DNA from: an uncultured Candidatus Saccharibacteria bacterium | GTDB lineage: Bacteria > Patescibacteriota > Minisyncoccia > Phycocordibacterales > PALSA-1337 | NCBI GenBank assembly: GCA_964529025.1 | Contig: CAZGUZ010000004.1 | Span: forward strand, 4,805-68,804 | Direction of reading: 5' to 3' | DNA length: 64,000 nt | Part shown: positions 19,883 to 28,150 of the stretch, piece by piece | Numbering within the stretch: the first letter of the stretch is position 1 | Layout of the letters: the number at the start of each line of letters is the position of its first letter | Program-made: the position numbers and the translations under genes | The notes under the pieces: generated by a model | Told to the model about the DNA's origin: nothing | What the model saw: only the letters and a program-made list of their open reading frames with translations | Databases searched by the model: none

Positions 19883-21189
19883 ATCAAATATCTAAGTTTC
19901 AAATTGGTCTTATTGGCGCTTTCGTCCTTTTTCTTGTTGGTGGCCTTATAGCATTTGCGACATATAAGGGGAGTTCGAGTTCGACAGCACTGCCACCAAT
20001 AACTATTTGGGGAACAATACCGAGCGATACATTCGGAAGCTTTTTTCAGGTATATAATGCGACATTACCGCAACAGCTTCCCATTACGTATATTCAAAAG
20101 TCTGAAGCAACAATTAGCTCTGAATATACCGAAGCCTTAGCCCTTGATACTGGTCCCGATATTCTTTTATTGCCAAGTGATCTTGTATTCCAGAATGAAC
20201 AAAAGATTTTGCCAATTCCTGCTCAAAGTCTTACTTTGCGCACACTGCGAGATGTCTTTATTCCACTTGCCGAGCAATATGCTCGCCCCTCAGGAATTTT
20301 AGCAGTGCCGTTTGCTGTTGATCCTATGGTTATGTATTGGAATCGCGATACATTTACTAATGCCGGTTTGGCAACATATCCACGTACCTGGGGCGAGATT
20401 CAAACACTGGCTCCACGTTTTTTGGTGACTGATGCTAATAAGAATTTGCGAAAAAGCCTTGTTTCACTCGGTGAATACCGCAATGTAACCCACTCTCGAG
20501 AATTACTTGGTTTGCTTTTTATGCAAGCAGGTAATCCCGTATACTCATTGCGTTCTGGTGAGGTTATGAGTTTTCTTGGTTTTACACAAGAACTCAAAGA
20601 CATTGCAGAAGATGTAATTAGCTATTTTGTTCAGTTTGCAAACCCTGTAAGCTCTACCTATTCGTGGAATCGTACGTCACCTCAGTCGAAGAGTGCTTTT
20701 ATAGCAGGAAACCTCGGTCTTTATTTTGGATATTCATCTGAGGTTAGTGACATTAGAACAAAAAACTTTAATTTGAACTTTGATGTTGCACCAATGCCAC
20801 AAATTGCTGGTTCGGGTTTACGTATGACCTACGGCCAGATCTACGGTCTTTCTATTGCTCGCAGCTCACGTAATCCAACGGCTGCTTTCACGGTTATGAT
20901 ACAACTTGCAGACTATGCCGCTCAAAAAGAGTGGTCTGCGCAAACAAAACTACCACCTGTGCGACGTGATCTTATTGCAGAAGGCACAATTGACCCTTAT
21001 CTTACGATTTTCTATGATGGTGCACTTATTTCACGGGGCTGGATTGAGCCAAGTTCACAAGGTACCGATCGAGCATTTCAAGGTCTTGTAGAATCAGTTA
21101 TTTCAGGTAGAGAAACAAAGATCAATGCCATTACAAGAGCTCATGATGAAATGCTCGTTTTATCACAAAGAATTAATGTTAATCAATAA
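19879..21189 (+). CDS. membrane-anchored extracellular solute-binding protein (family 1)-like protein
   Basis: N-terminal TM then an SBP-1-like pattern (ITIWGT...PDILLLPSD...VPFAVDPMVMYWNRDTFTNAGL..PRTWGEI). No adjacent permease genes. Confidence 0.45.
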   Translation: MNQISKFQIGLIGAFVLFLVGGLIAFATYKGSSSSTALPPITIWGTIPSDTFGSFFQVYNATLPQQLPITYIQKSEATISSEYTEALALDTGPDILLLPSDLVFQNEQKILPIPAQSLTLRTLRDVFIPLAEQYARPSGILAVPFAVDPMVMYWNRDTFTNAGLATYPRTWGEIQTLAPRFLVTDANKNLRKSLVSLGEYRNVTHSRELLGLLFMQAGNPVYSLRSGEVMSFLGFTQELKDIAEDVISYFVQFANPVSSTYSWNRTSPQSKSAFIAGNLGLYFGYSSEVSDIRTKNFNLNFDVAPMPQIAGSGLRMTYGQIYGLSIARSSRNPTAAFTVMIQLADYAAQKEWSAQTKLPPVRRDLIAEGTIDPYLTIFYDGALISRGWIEPSSQGTDRAFQGLVESVISGRETKINAITRAHDEMLVLSQRINVNQ

Positions 21190-21191
21190 AT

Positions 21192-21674
21192 ATGATTTAT
21201 AAAATTATCAATTCCTTGTGGGTAAGTGTCGCTGTGTTATTTGCTGTGATTTCTGTTGTGCCTCAGCAAGCACTTGCTCAGCCAGCTCAAACGGGCGGCG
21301 CTGTACAAACAGGGCAAAACAGAGACTACAGTGGTCTTGTAAAGTGCGATGGTTTTATTAAAGATGCGAATAATAAAGAACTTCCGGGTAATTATACTGA
21401 GTGTAATTTGGCCGCTATTGTGTCCATCGTACAGGCCCTCATTAGTTGGTTTTTTGGAATATCAGGCTCACTTGCAGCATTACTCTTTATGTATGGTGGT
21501 GTTTTATACCTTTCAAATAATCCAAGTAATATAGAAAAGGCTCACCAAATATTTACCAATACCGCCCTTGGTATTGGTATTGTTGCTACAGCTTGGCTAT
21601 TTGTAAAGACAATACTTGAATTTGTTGTAAAGCCAGAATATCTATCAATCGTTACAACCTTTTTTGGAAAATAA
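21192..21674 (+). CDS. VirB2/TrbC-like pilin family small membrane protein (paralog 1)
   Basis: Signal peptide plus two hydrophobic helices separated by a short loop; first of six tandem paralogs. Confidence 0.5.
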   Translation: MIYKIINSLWVSVAVLFAVISVVPQQALAQPAQTGGAVQTGQNRDYSGLVKCDGFIKDANNKELPGNYTECNLAAIVSIVQALISWFFGISGSLAALLFMYGGVLYLSNNPSNIEKAHQIFTNTALGIGIVATAWLFVKTILEFVVKPEYLSIVTTFFGK

Positions 21675-21675
21675 T

Positions 21676-22116
21676 ATGAAAAATAAAATTTTTGGAGCAG
21701 TGTGTGCAGTGTGGTGTACTCTATGTATCTTTTCAGCACCTCTACTTATTCAGAGTGCTCATGTTGAGCAAGCTTTTGCTCAGACCCCAACAGATAATCA
21801 AGGGCCAGCTACAACTGGTGGCGCTAGTCAATCGGGTGCAAAATTGCCTACATTGGGTAATCCGCTTAAAGTTAAATCAATTGCAGGTGTTGTTGATTTG
21901 GTTATCGGCCTTGCTTTACGCGCAGCTTTCATTGTTGCAGTCCTTGCAATAATGTACTCAGGCTTTCTGTTTGTTAAAGCGCAGGGAAGTGATGATGAAA
22001 TCACTCATGCTAAAACAGTTTTCTGGAATACGATTATTGGAGTTGCGCTTATATTTGGAGCAAGCGGTTTGGTAAAAATTATACAGGTAACTATTGAGGC
22101 CGTTAAAGCACCATAG
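21676..22116 (+). CDS. VirB2/TrbC-like pilin family protein (paralog 2)
   Basis: Same architecture: signal peptide, helical hairpin. Confidence 0.5.
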   Translation: MKNKIFGAVCAVWCTLCIFSAPLLIQSAHVEQAFAQTPTDNQGPATTGGASQSGAKLPTLGNPLKVKSIAGVVDLVIGLALRAAFIVAVLAIMYSGFLFVKAQGSDDEITHAKTVFWNTIIGVALIFGASGLVKIIQVTIEAVKAP

Positions 22117-22170
22117 AGAGGTTGTGGATAGTTAATAAAATTATACATGTATATGTGGCATAATATATAC

Positions 22171-22818
22171 ATGAAAACTTTAATTTTCCCTCGGTATATT
22201 TTTACAATTTTTGCTGGTGTAGTAGCATTTATTCCTTCGGTAAGTTTTGCCGCAAATAAAACACTGAGCGATCTTACATCTCTTTTGGGTTCGTATATGC
22301 AACAAGCCATATATCTTATTATGGCTTTTGCTGTTTTAACATTCGTTTGGGGAATTTATAATTATTACCTTAAGCCCGATGCTGATAGGGGTGAAGCAAT
22401 GAATTATGTTCTGTACGGTACTATTGGCTTCTTTCTCATGTTGTCATTCTGGGGCTTGGTAAATATTATTAAGAATACACTTGATCTTGATAATACTGCA
22501 CCAAGTATCCCAGTTATTCAGTCATTACAGTTTAGATCGGGTACTCCTGGGGTTGGTTCAGGCGGTGGAACATCTGGAGTTGGTTCTGGTGGGGGTACTT
22601 CCGGTGTAGGGTCAGGGAGTTCAAATTATGTGGCACCACTTCCAAACGGCTCAACTATTAATCCTGTAACCGGACAAGGCTCAGGCGGTGGTACTCCCGG
22701 ACAAGGTTCAGGTGGTGGTACTTCTGGACAAGGCTCAGGTGGAGTGCAAGGTGGAGTGGATTATACACCACCTGCGACTGGACCACTTGATTCGGGTGAT
22801 CAGCAAATCAACTCCTAG
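22171..22818 (+). CDS. VirB2/TrbC-like pilin family protein (paralog 3) with Gly/Ser-rich repetitive C-terminal tail
   Basis: Same N-terminal architecture; tail GVGSGGGTSGVGSGGGTSGVGSGSS...GQGSGGGTPGQGSGGGTSGQGSGG encoded by DNA tandem repeats. Confidence 0.5.
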   Translation: MKTLIFPRYIFTIFAGVVAFIPSVSFAANKTLSDLTSLLGSYMQQAIYLIMAFAVLTFVWGIYNYYLKPDADRGEAMNYVLYGTIGFFLMLSFWGLVNIIKNTLDLDNTAPSIPVIQSLQFRSGTPGVGSGGGTSGVGSGGGTSGVGSGSSNYVAPLPNGSTINPVTGQGSGGGTPGQGSGGGTSGQGSGGVQGGVDYTPPATGPLDSGDQQINS

Positions 22819-22830
22819 TCTATCCCTATA

Positions 22831-23325
22831 ATGAAAACATCACTTAGTGCCATTGTTCTCGGTGTCCTTGCAGCAGTTCCTTCATTTGCTCATGCTCAGA
22901 CGCTCACAACTCTTCAGGGAGTTATTGATTATGCAGCTCGACTTGGTAATGCTATTGTTCCGATCGTTATTTCTATCGGTGTTATCTACCTCGTTATTAA
23001 TATCGTACGATGGTTTATCATTGAACCAGGTGAAGAGCGAACAGCAGCACTTTACCAGGTTCTTTGGGCAGTTCTCGGTCTTTTCCTCATCTTGTCTATC
23101 TGGGGTCTTGTGAACATTCTTCGAAATTCATTCCAAACAAATCGATCAGCTCCTACAACTGAGTTCCCAACAGTGTTTGTGCCAAATATTGGTGGCGGTG
23201 GAACAACAAGGGGATCAAGTCCTTCACCAGTATCGGGGGGTAATAGTAATTTGCAAGGAGCTGTTGATTTTACTCCCACGCAAAATAATCCACTCAATTC
23301 AGGTAATCAGCTCCTTGATTCATAG
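22831..23325 (+). CDS. VirB2/TrbC-like pilin family protein (paralog 4) with Gly-rich tail
   Basis: Signal peptide MKTSLSAIVLGVLAAVPSFAHA plus helical hairpin; first 354 nt identical to the next gene. Confidence 0.55.
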   Translation: MKTSLSAIVLGVLAAVPSFAHAQTLTTLQGVIDYAARLGNAIVPIVISIGVIYLVINIVRWFIIEPGEERTAALYQVLWAVLGLFLILSIWGLVNILRNSFQTNRSAPTTEFPTVFVPNIGGGGTTRGSSPSPVSGGNSNLQGAVDFTPTQNNPLNSGNQLLDS

Positions 23326-23397
23326 TTCTCCACAGGGAAGAAAATGAGGTTAGTATTCTTTGGTATACTTAATATATCTTTAAAATAATTGTAACGT

Positions 23398-23760
23398 ATG
23401 AAAACATCACTTAGTGCCATTGTTCTCGGTGTCCTTGCAGCAGTTCCTTCATTTGCTCATGCTCAGACGCTCACAACTCTTCAGGGAGTTATTGATTATG
23501 CAGCTCGACTTGGTAATGCTATTGTTCCGATCGTTATTTCTATCGGTGTTATCTACCTCGTTATTAATATCGTACGATGGTTTATCATTGAACCAGGTGA
23601 AGAGCGAACAGCAGCACTTTACCAGGTTCTTTGGGCAGTTCTCGGTCTTTTCCTCATCTTGTCTATCTGGGGTCTTGTGAACATTCTTCGAAATTCATTC
23701 CAAACAAATCGATCAGCTCCTACAACTGAGTTCCCAACAGTGTTTGTGCCACGAATTTAA
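23398..23760 (+). CDS. truncated duplicate of paralog 4 (lacks Gly-rich tail)
   Basis: 100% nucleotide identity with 22831-23184 over 354 bp, then diverges into VPRI-stop. Confidence 0.45.
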   Translation: MKTSLSAIVLGVLAAVPSFAHAQTLTTLQGVIDYAARLGNAIVPIVISIGVIYLVINIVRWFIIEPGEERTAALYQVLWAVLGLFLILSIWGLVNILRNSFQTNRSAPTTEFPTVFVPRI

Positions 23761-23767
23761 TACAACT

Positions 23768-24076
23768 ATGAATTTAGGAGTTTTGATTGTGCATGCAGCA
23801 GCAAGCGACGAAGCTCTTAAAAAGGTGGATGCATATATTTCGGTTGTTGCAACAAATATATTAAATCCAATTATTGCTCTAGGTTTTGTAGCTGCAACAC
23901 TCCTCTTTGTTTGGGGAGTGTTTAGCTATATGAGGGGAGCTGCTGATTCTTCGGCTCGGGCAGATGGTGCACGCCATGTTTTGTGGGGTGTCATTGGTAT
24001 GGCAATTATGGTTTCTGTATATGGAATAATTAACTTTATTTCTGCGACAATGGTGAGTGTATTGGAAAAGCAGTAG
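23768..24076 (+). CDS. VirB2/TrbC-like pilin family protein (paralog 6)
   Basis: Helical-hairpin small membrane protein with the same Lx3WGxxNI-like pattern. Confidence 0.45.
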   Translation: MNLGVLIVHAAASDEALKKVDAYISVVATNILNPIIALGFVAATLLFVWGVFSYMRGAADSSARADGARHVLWGVIGMAIMVSVYGIINFISATMVSVLEKQ

Positions 24077-24094
24077 TAATAACTGATGATTTTG

Positions 24095-24160
24095 GCAAAA
24101 GAATAACCGCGCTTTATGGGCGCGGTATTTTGCTGGCCGAGTGACACGAGGTCACTCGGG
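24095..24160. terminator. two adjacent hairpins (ccgcgctttatgggcgcgg; ccgagtgacacgaggtcactcgg) between convergent transcription units
   Basis: Perfect inverted repeats; they mark the boundary between the AT-rich pilin array and the GC-rich island. Confidence 0.5.
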
Positions 24161-24673
24161 CAGTTTCTCGATCCAAATTGTCGATGCCGTTTGCACGGGC
24201 GACGACTGGTCGATCCAACACTCGAGGTATGTGGCAGGCGGGTAGTGAACCCGCTTGCTGCGGTCTCCGGGTTTGGCCCGGAGCTCGAGGTTTTCGTTTG
24301 AGTCTACATCATAGATGTAGCGACGGCTCATGTAGCCGTCCACCTGGATTACGAGCCTGAGGCCCGAGCCCAGGTGCTTCTGGTCAACCGAGAGCTTGAA
24401 GTTTACAACTCCCGGCTTAATGACGGTCGGTTGCCCGACTGAGAGCGGGTACACCGTCACGGTGTACTGCCGCTCATCGCGCTCCGTCTGACGGAATGCG
24501 ACGGTGGCGGCTTCGGCCTGGGATTCCTTGCGGATTCCCGAAACCCAAGCAGTGAGGGGCTCCTTGAGAGCTGATATGATGAGTAGTCCGACGATAATCG
24601 TCACCACCCACCGAATGATACCTACGATCTTCTTTGACGGATCGTTGGCACCTTCTTTTTTCTTGTCTGCCAT
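24152..24673 (-). CDS. hypothetical membrane-anchored protein (GC-rich island gene C; possibly NfeD-like beta-domain partner)
   Basis: N-terminal TM IIRWVVTIIVGLLIISAL then a soluble beta-rich domain; GC about 57%, unlike the host. Confidence 0.45.
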   Translation of the reverse strand: MADKKKEGANDPSKKIVGIIRWVVTIIVGLLIISALKEPLTAWVSGIRKESQAEAATVAFRQTERDERQYTVTVYPLSVGQPTVIKPGVVNFKLSVDQKHLGSGLRLVIQVDGYMSRRYIYDVDSNENLELRAKPGDRSKRVHYPPATYLECWIDQSSPVQTASTIWIEKLPE

Positions 24674-24677
24674 AGCT

Positions 24678-25745
24678 TTACGGGGTTCCTTGGTTCATGT
24701 TGACACCAGCAGGATTCAGGTCGAATGCCCGAACAACATCAGCGATTTGCTCAGGTGAACAGCCAGTTCTTGTCATGGAGGCAATGAGCGCATCGCGCCT
24801 AGCCGCATCGTCAGCTGCTGCATTCGCAAGTGACCGCCTTTGTTCGGTGAGTCTCCTCTCCATCGCTTCATCTTCTGAAGCGGTAGTGAGTGCTAGGCTA
24901 ACAATCTTGAATCTTCCCACAGCGATGCCAAGCTCAATTTGCTTAGGATCAAGTACGGTTTTCTCCCCGTAGCTGAGTTCAAGATGAGCAAGTGCCGCAG
25001 CTTGTCCAGTAGCCCCCTGAACACTGTCAGGGGTCTTCTGGGCAAACCACTGCCTCATGTAGTTGAGCACATGAAGGCGCACCTGTTCTTCGAGGTCTGG
25101 GTAACCTTTGCATTCTCCACTGAAGAATCGCTTAGCGGTGATTCCTGCAAGAGGTCGTATGACTTGGTACTGCAAAGAGAACTCCGCACTAGCAGTTCTC
25201 TGTACGAGGGTTGTTGACCCTGAGTCGGGAAGAGGTGCGGGCATAAGTGGAAATTGATCCTTAAGAACCAGCACCCTTGGCCCCACCTTGAACTTGGTTG
25301 CCACGGTTACCCATGGCGGCTTGACTGTGACAGTGACGGGCATGAACGCTCCATCTATCACTACTGGTGGACCCGTGTAGGACATAACCTTTGTCGGGTC
25401 ATCGTCTTCGATTTCCGGTATATCGAATCCCTTAAGCTCAACTGGGAAGTTAATGCCAAAAGGGTTCTGAAGTACCAGAATTTCATCTGCTTCGGGCACA
25501 ATGAGGTGCTTTCCGATGAAGAAGAAAGTTGAAATCAAAGTGACGGCCGTGAAGGATTTTGCCCCACACTTCCACCCTGAGAATCCAATAATCTCCCCCA
25601 TGGTGTTGAAGACGAATACTGCTAGCGCAGCCACAATGAGTGATGCGACTAGCGAGAGTCCTACATACCCTAGTGGGGTAGACAGGCGGTAGCCCCATTT
25701 CTGCTTGAAGCTTGCTCCCTGAGTTCTAGCTATTAATGTTGACAT
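24678..25745 (-). CDS. hypothetical membrane protein, possibly SPFH/band-7-like (GC-rich island gene B)
   Basis: Two N-terminal TM segments, a central mixed domain, and a C-terminal Ala/Arg-rich coiled coil (ERRLTEQRRSLANAAADDAARRDALIASM) reminiscent of SPFH proteins. Confidence 0.4.
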   Translation of the reverse strand: MSTLIARTQGASFKQKWGYRLSTPLGYVGLSLVASLIVAALAVFVFNTMGEIIGFSGWKCGAKSFTAVTLISTFFFIGKHLIVPEADEILVLQNPFGINFPVELKGFDIPEIEDDDPTKVMSYTGPPVVIDGAFMPVTVTVKPPWVTVATKFKVGPRVLVLKDQFPLMPAPLPDSGSTTLVQRTASAEFSLQYQVIRPLAGITAKRFFSGECKGYPDLEEQVRLHVLNYMRQWFAQKTPDSVQGATGQAAALAHLELSYGEKTVLDPKQIELGIAVGRFKIVSLALTTASEDEAMERRLTEQRRSLANAAADDAARRDALIASMTRTGCSPEQIADVVRAFDLNPAGVNMNQGTP

Positions 25746-25837
25746 GTAATGAACTTACCATTTGTTGAATGGCACCTTTCTGTATATATATTACAATATA
25801 AAATATAGAATGTCAAATATGTTAAATTATGAAAATT

Positions 25838-25866
25838 AGACAAAAGGAAAGGCGCGCCGCAAGCGG
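25838..25866. terminator. 22-nt perfect palindrome ggcgcgccgcaagcggcgcgcc with T/A runs on both sides (bidirectional terminator)
   Basis: Read directly; lies just 3' of the 25900-26601 gene. Confidence 0.55.
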
Positions 25867-25899
25867 CGCGCCGATTTTGTTGTACTACTGCCCGCACCG

Positions 25900-26601
25900 T
25901 TATTCCGGCGTGAACAGGACGATCCGAGGATCGTTACCGTCGTTCGAGATCTCAAACCTCCTGACGGGCATAGGTTTCTTCTGCCACTCGGCAAAAGGGA
26001 TTGTGCCACCGGTTTCAAGGAGGACGTTGATGACAACCCCTGGATCGGGGTCGATGTTGAATCTTACTCGATTACTGATCGTCACGGTGGCGACCTCGCC
26101 ACCGAGGAGTGAGATCGAGCCAACCTGGCTCGAGGTTGTCCAGACATACTCGAGTTGGGGCACCTTAACCTTCCTCTGCGCCTTTTCAGGCTCAGAATAT
26201 GTGCGTTCTGCACGTACCGACCCCGTTGGAGGACGGACGAGAGTAGAGCGCTCAAGGTGATGGTTCTCGTTGTCCAACTGGTCCTCCAACGCAGCGAGTT
26301 TCTTTCGAAGCTCCGCAGCGTCGCGGATTGCCGTGTCACGCGAATGTTCAATTCTCGAGACGTGGTTGGTGAGTTCGCGAATGCGGGCTTCCGAACCGCT
26401 TTCGACATCGTGCCGTCGAGGAGTTGTTGGCGAGTTCGTTGCACCGGCCGTGGTGGCCGCAGTTCGCTTCTCAGCAACCAACTGCCCCCCAAGCCAGTGC
26501 CGAACACTCGGCACGAAGAGGAGGGCGCAGGCCGTGATGATCACGAGCTTGAACCAATGAGCTTTGACGAATTTCCAAATAGCTGCCCAAATTGCTGTCA
26601 T
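25900..26601 (-). CDS. hypothetical single-pass membrane protein with coiled coil (GC-rich island gene A)
   Basis: TM LVIITACALLFVP, coiled-coil RIRELTNHVSRIEHSRDTAIRDAAELRKKLAALEDQL, C-terminal beta-rich domain; GC-rich. Confidence 0.45.
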   Translation of the reverse strand: MTAIWAAIWKFVKAHWFKLVIITACALLFVPSVRHWLGGQLVAEKRTAATTAGATNSPTTPRRHDVESGSEARIRELTNHVSRIEHSRDTAIRDAAELRKKLAALEDQLDNENHHLERSTLVRPPTGSVRAERTYSEPEKAQRKVKVPQLEYVWTTSSQVGSISLLGGEVATVTISNRVRFNIDPDPGVVINVLLETGGTIPFAEWQKKPMPVRRFEISNDGNDPRIVLFTPE

Positions 26602-26787
26602 GATTCCTTTCTGCCCGTACCTTCATGGTACGAGATCTGTTAATATCTTATCATACTTAAGCAGCAATGTCAATAGCTTGAGGTAACGTATTTAATATGA
26701 GAATCCTGCTGTTCTTTTTGCTATAAAATCTATGGTGTTAAAAAGAGTGCAGAAAAAACCGCAAATGCGGTTTAAATAATGTTAAAT

Positions 26788-26872
26788 TGGTGCTGGAGGG
26801 GAGACTCGAACTCCCACGGGTTACCCCGCTTGCTCCTAAGGCAAGTGCGTATACCAATTCCGCCACCCCAGC
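26788..26872 (-). tRNA. tRNA-Leu (anticodon TAG), CCA encoded
   Basis: Reverse complement GCTGGGGTGGCGGAATTGGTA...CTTGCCTTAGGAGCAAG...GGGAGTTCGAGTCTCCCCTCCAGCACCA; long variable arm. Confidence 0.85.
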
Positions 26873-26876
26873 AATG

Positions 26877-26949
26877 TGCTCCCAGTAGGATTCGAACCTA
26901 CGACCAATCGCTTAAGAGGCGAGTGCTCTACCAACTGAGCTATAGGAGC
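26877..26949 (-). tRNA. tRNA-Lys (anticodon CTT)
   Basis: Reverse complement GCTCCTATAGCTCAGTTGGTAGAGCACTCGCCTCTTAAGCGATTGGTCGTAGGTTCGAATCCTACTGGGAGCA. Confidence 0.85.
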
Positions 26950-26999
26950 TTGATAGAAAATATACCTTAAAACTTGATTTTGAGCAATGCTTGAGTGAC

Positions 27000-27140
27000 T
27001 GTGCTAGGGGAATTGAATGGGTGAATCGGTCACGCGTTAAAATTGCTACACAATTTTACGCTCGACCCCGCCTCCTGTGCACCGGTTCGCTACGCTCACA
27101 TCGGTGCTACAGTCCGGCTTTCGATTCCCGCCTCGGGCAC
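27000..27140 (-). repeat. copy E3 of the GC-rich repeated element, between tRNA-Leu(TAA) and tRNA-Lys on the tRNA strand
   Basis: Read on the minus strand: gtgcccgaggcgggaatcgaa-AGCCGGA-ctgtagcaccgatgtgagcgtagcgaaccggtgcacaggaggcggggtcgagcg...cgtgaccgattcaccc. The first 20 nt are a perfect inverted copy of the 3' end of tRNA-Leu(TAA). Confidence 0.5.
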
Positions 27141-27173
27141 TTAAATAAGCGCTTTCGCGCTTATAAAATACTG

Positions 27174-27255
27174 TGCCCGAGGCGGGAATCGAACCCGCAC
27201 GCCGTGAGGCCGCCGATTTTAAGTCGACTACGTATACCAGTTCCGTCACTCGGGC
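27174..27255 (-). tRNA. tRNA-Leu (anticodon TAA)
   Basis: Reverse complement GCCCGAGTGACGGAACTGGTATACGTAGTCGACTTAAAATCGGC...GCGGGTTCGATTCCCGCCTCGGGCA; long variable arm. Confidence 0.8.
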
Positions 27256-27349
27256 TTAATGGCTAGTATAGCTATATTTGGGCTTATGGTAAAGCGCAGA
27301 GAGCCTTGGAGTGGGCTATAAACTGTATGAGAGGGGTTTTAAAAAAGAC

Positions 27350-28033
27350 TTAAGAAAGCGGTTCTCTTGGTACATCTTTTTCTGCTACTTGAGCAAGCTT
27401 TGGTCGAACGATTTCGAGGAAAATATAGATTGCAACAAGGGCTACAATTGTACCACCGACAACAACAATACTCAAAACAAGAGGGTTCTTAATGATATCA
27501 ACGGTAGCTCCAAAGCCTACGAGTATAACTGTGGGTATAAGGCCAATGATACTGTGTATCCAAATAAAGCGCGAGAACTTAATCTTAGTTAAGCCAGCTG
27601 CATATGATACGACTTCTGGTAGTGGGGCAAAGACGATGCGGGCTATGATAAAGCCACGCATGTCTTCCATATAGGTTAGGACTGCATCGACATACTGTTC
27701 GCTTTTTGCATCAAGTAAAGCGTTAACGATCTTGCGGCCATAGATTCGAGAAATATAAAAGCTTATTACTGAACCCAATAAGTCACCAAGGACTATATAG
27801 AGCATTCCAAACCAAGGACCAAAAATCAAACCAGCAACAGGGTACAGGGGTGAGCCTGATATTGGGGCAGCAACGATGGTTGTTGCTTTAAGTAAAATAA
27901 GGACAATTGGAGCCCAAATGCCTGCTTTTGCTACGTATTCCTGGGCAGTATCAATAGGAATAAAGAATGAGGCTATAACAAAAGCTCCCAAAAGAGCAGC
28001 TACACCGAGCATTGTTCCGTATGATTTTTTCAT
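27350..28033 (-). CDS. DedA/TVP38/TMEM64 family membrane protein
   Basis: Multi-TM protein with a DedA-like core (LLKATTIVAAPISGSPLYPVAGLIFGPWFG). The start codon abuts tRNA-Cys, so the longer 28102 ORF start is rejected. Confidence 0.6.
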   Translation of the reverse strand: MKKSYGTMLGVAALLGAFVIASFFIPIDTAQEYVAKAGIWAPIVLILLKATTIVAAPISGSPLYPVAGLIFGPWFGMLYIVLGDLLGSVISFYISRIYGRKIVNALLDAKSEQYVDAVLTYMEDMRGFIIARIVFAPLPEVVSYAAGLTKIKFSRFIWIHSIIGLIPTVILVGFGATVDIIKNPLVLSIVVVGGTIVALVAIYIFLEIVRPKLAQVAEKDVPREPLS

Positions 28034-28034
28034 G

Positions 28035-28108
28035 AGGCGTAGGCCGGGATCGAACCGGCGCATAGCAGTTTTGCAGACTGCCGCGTTGACCAACTTCGCC
28101 ACTACGCC
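28035..28108 (-). tRNA. tRNA-Cys (anticodon GCA)
   Basis: Reverse complement GGCGTAGTGGCGAAGTTGGTCAACGCGGCAGTCTGCAAAACTGCTATGCGCCGGTTCGATCCCGGCCTACGCCT. Confidence 0.8.
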
Positions 28109-28150
28109 AACTGTGCCATACTAGAATAGCACAAAAACTCACGATATTCA

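Noticed and set aside
26991-27266. 91-aa ORF spanning element E3 and tRNA-Leu(TAA)
   Set aside because: It is antisense to a tRNA and the repeat element and has Arg/Ser/Pro-rich composition, so it is spurious.
28034-28102. Longer N-terminal extension of the DedA ORF (start at 28102)
   Set aside because: The extension is the tRNA-Cys gene; the true start is the ATG at 28031-28033.
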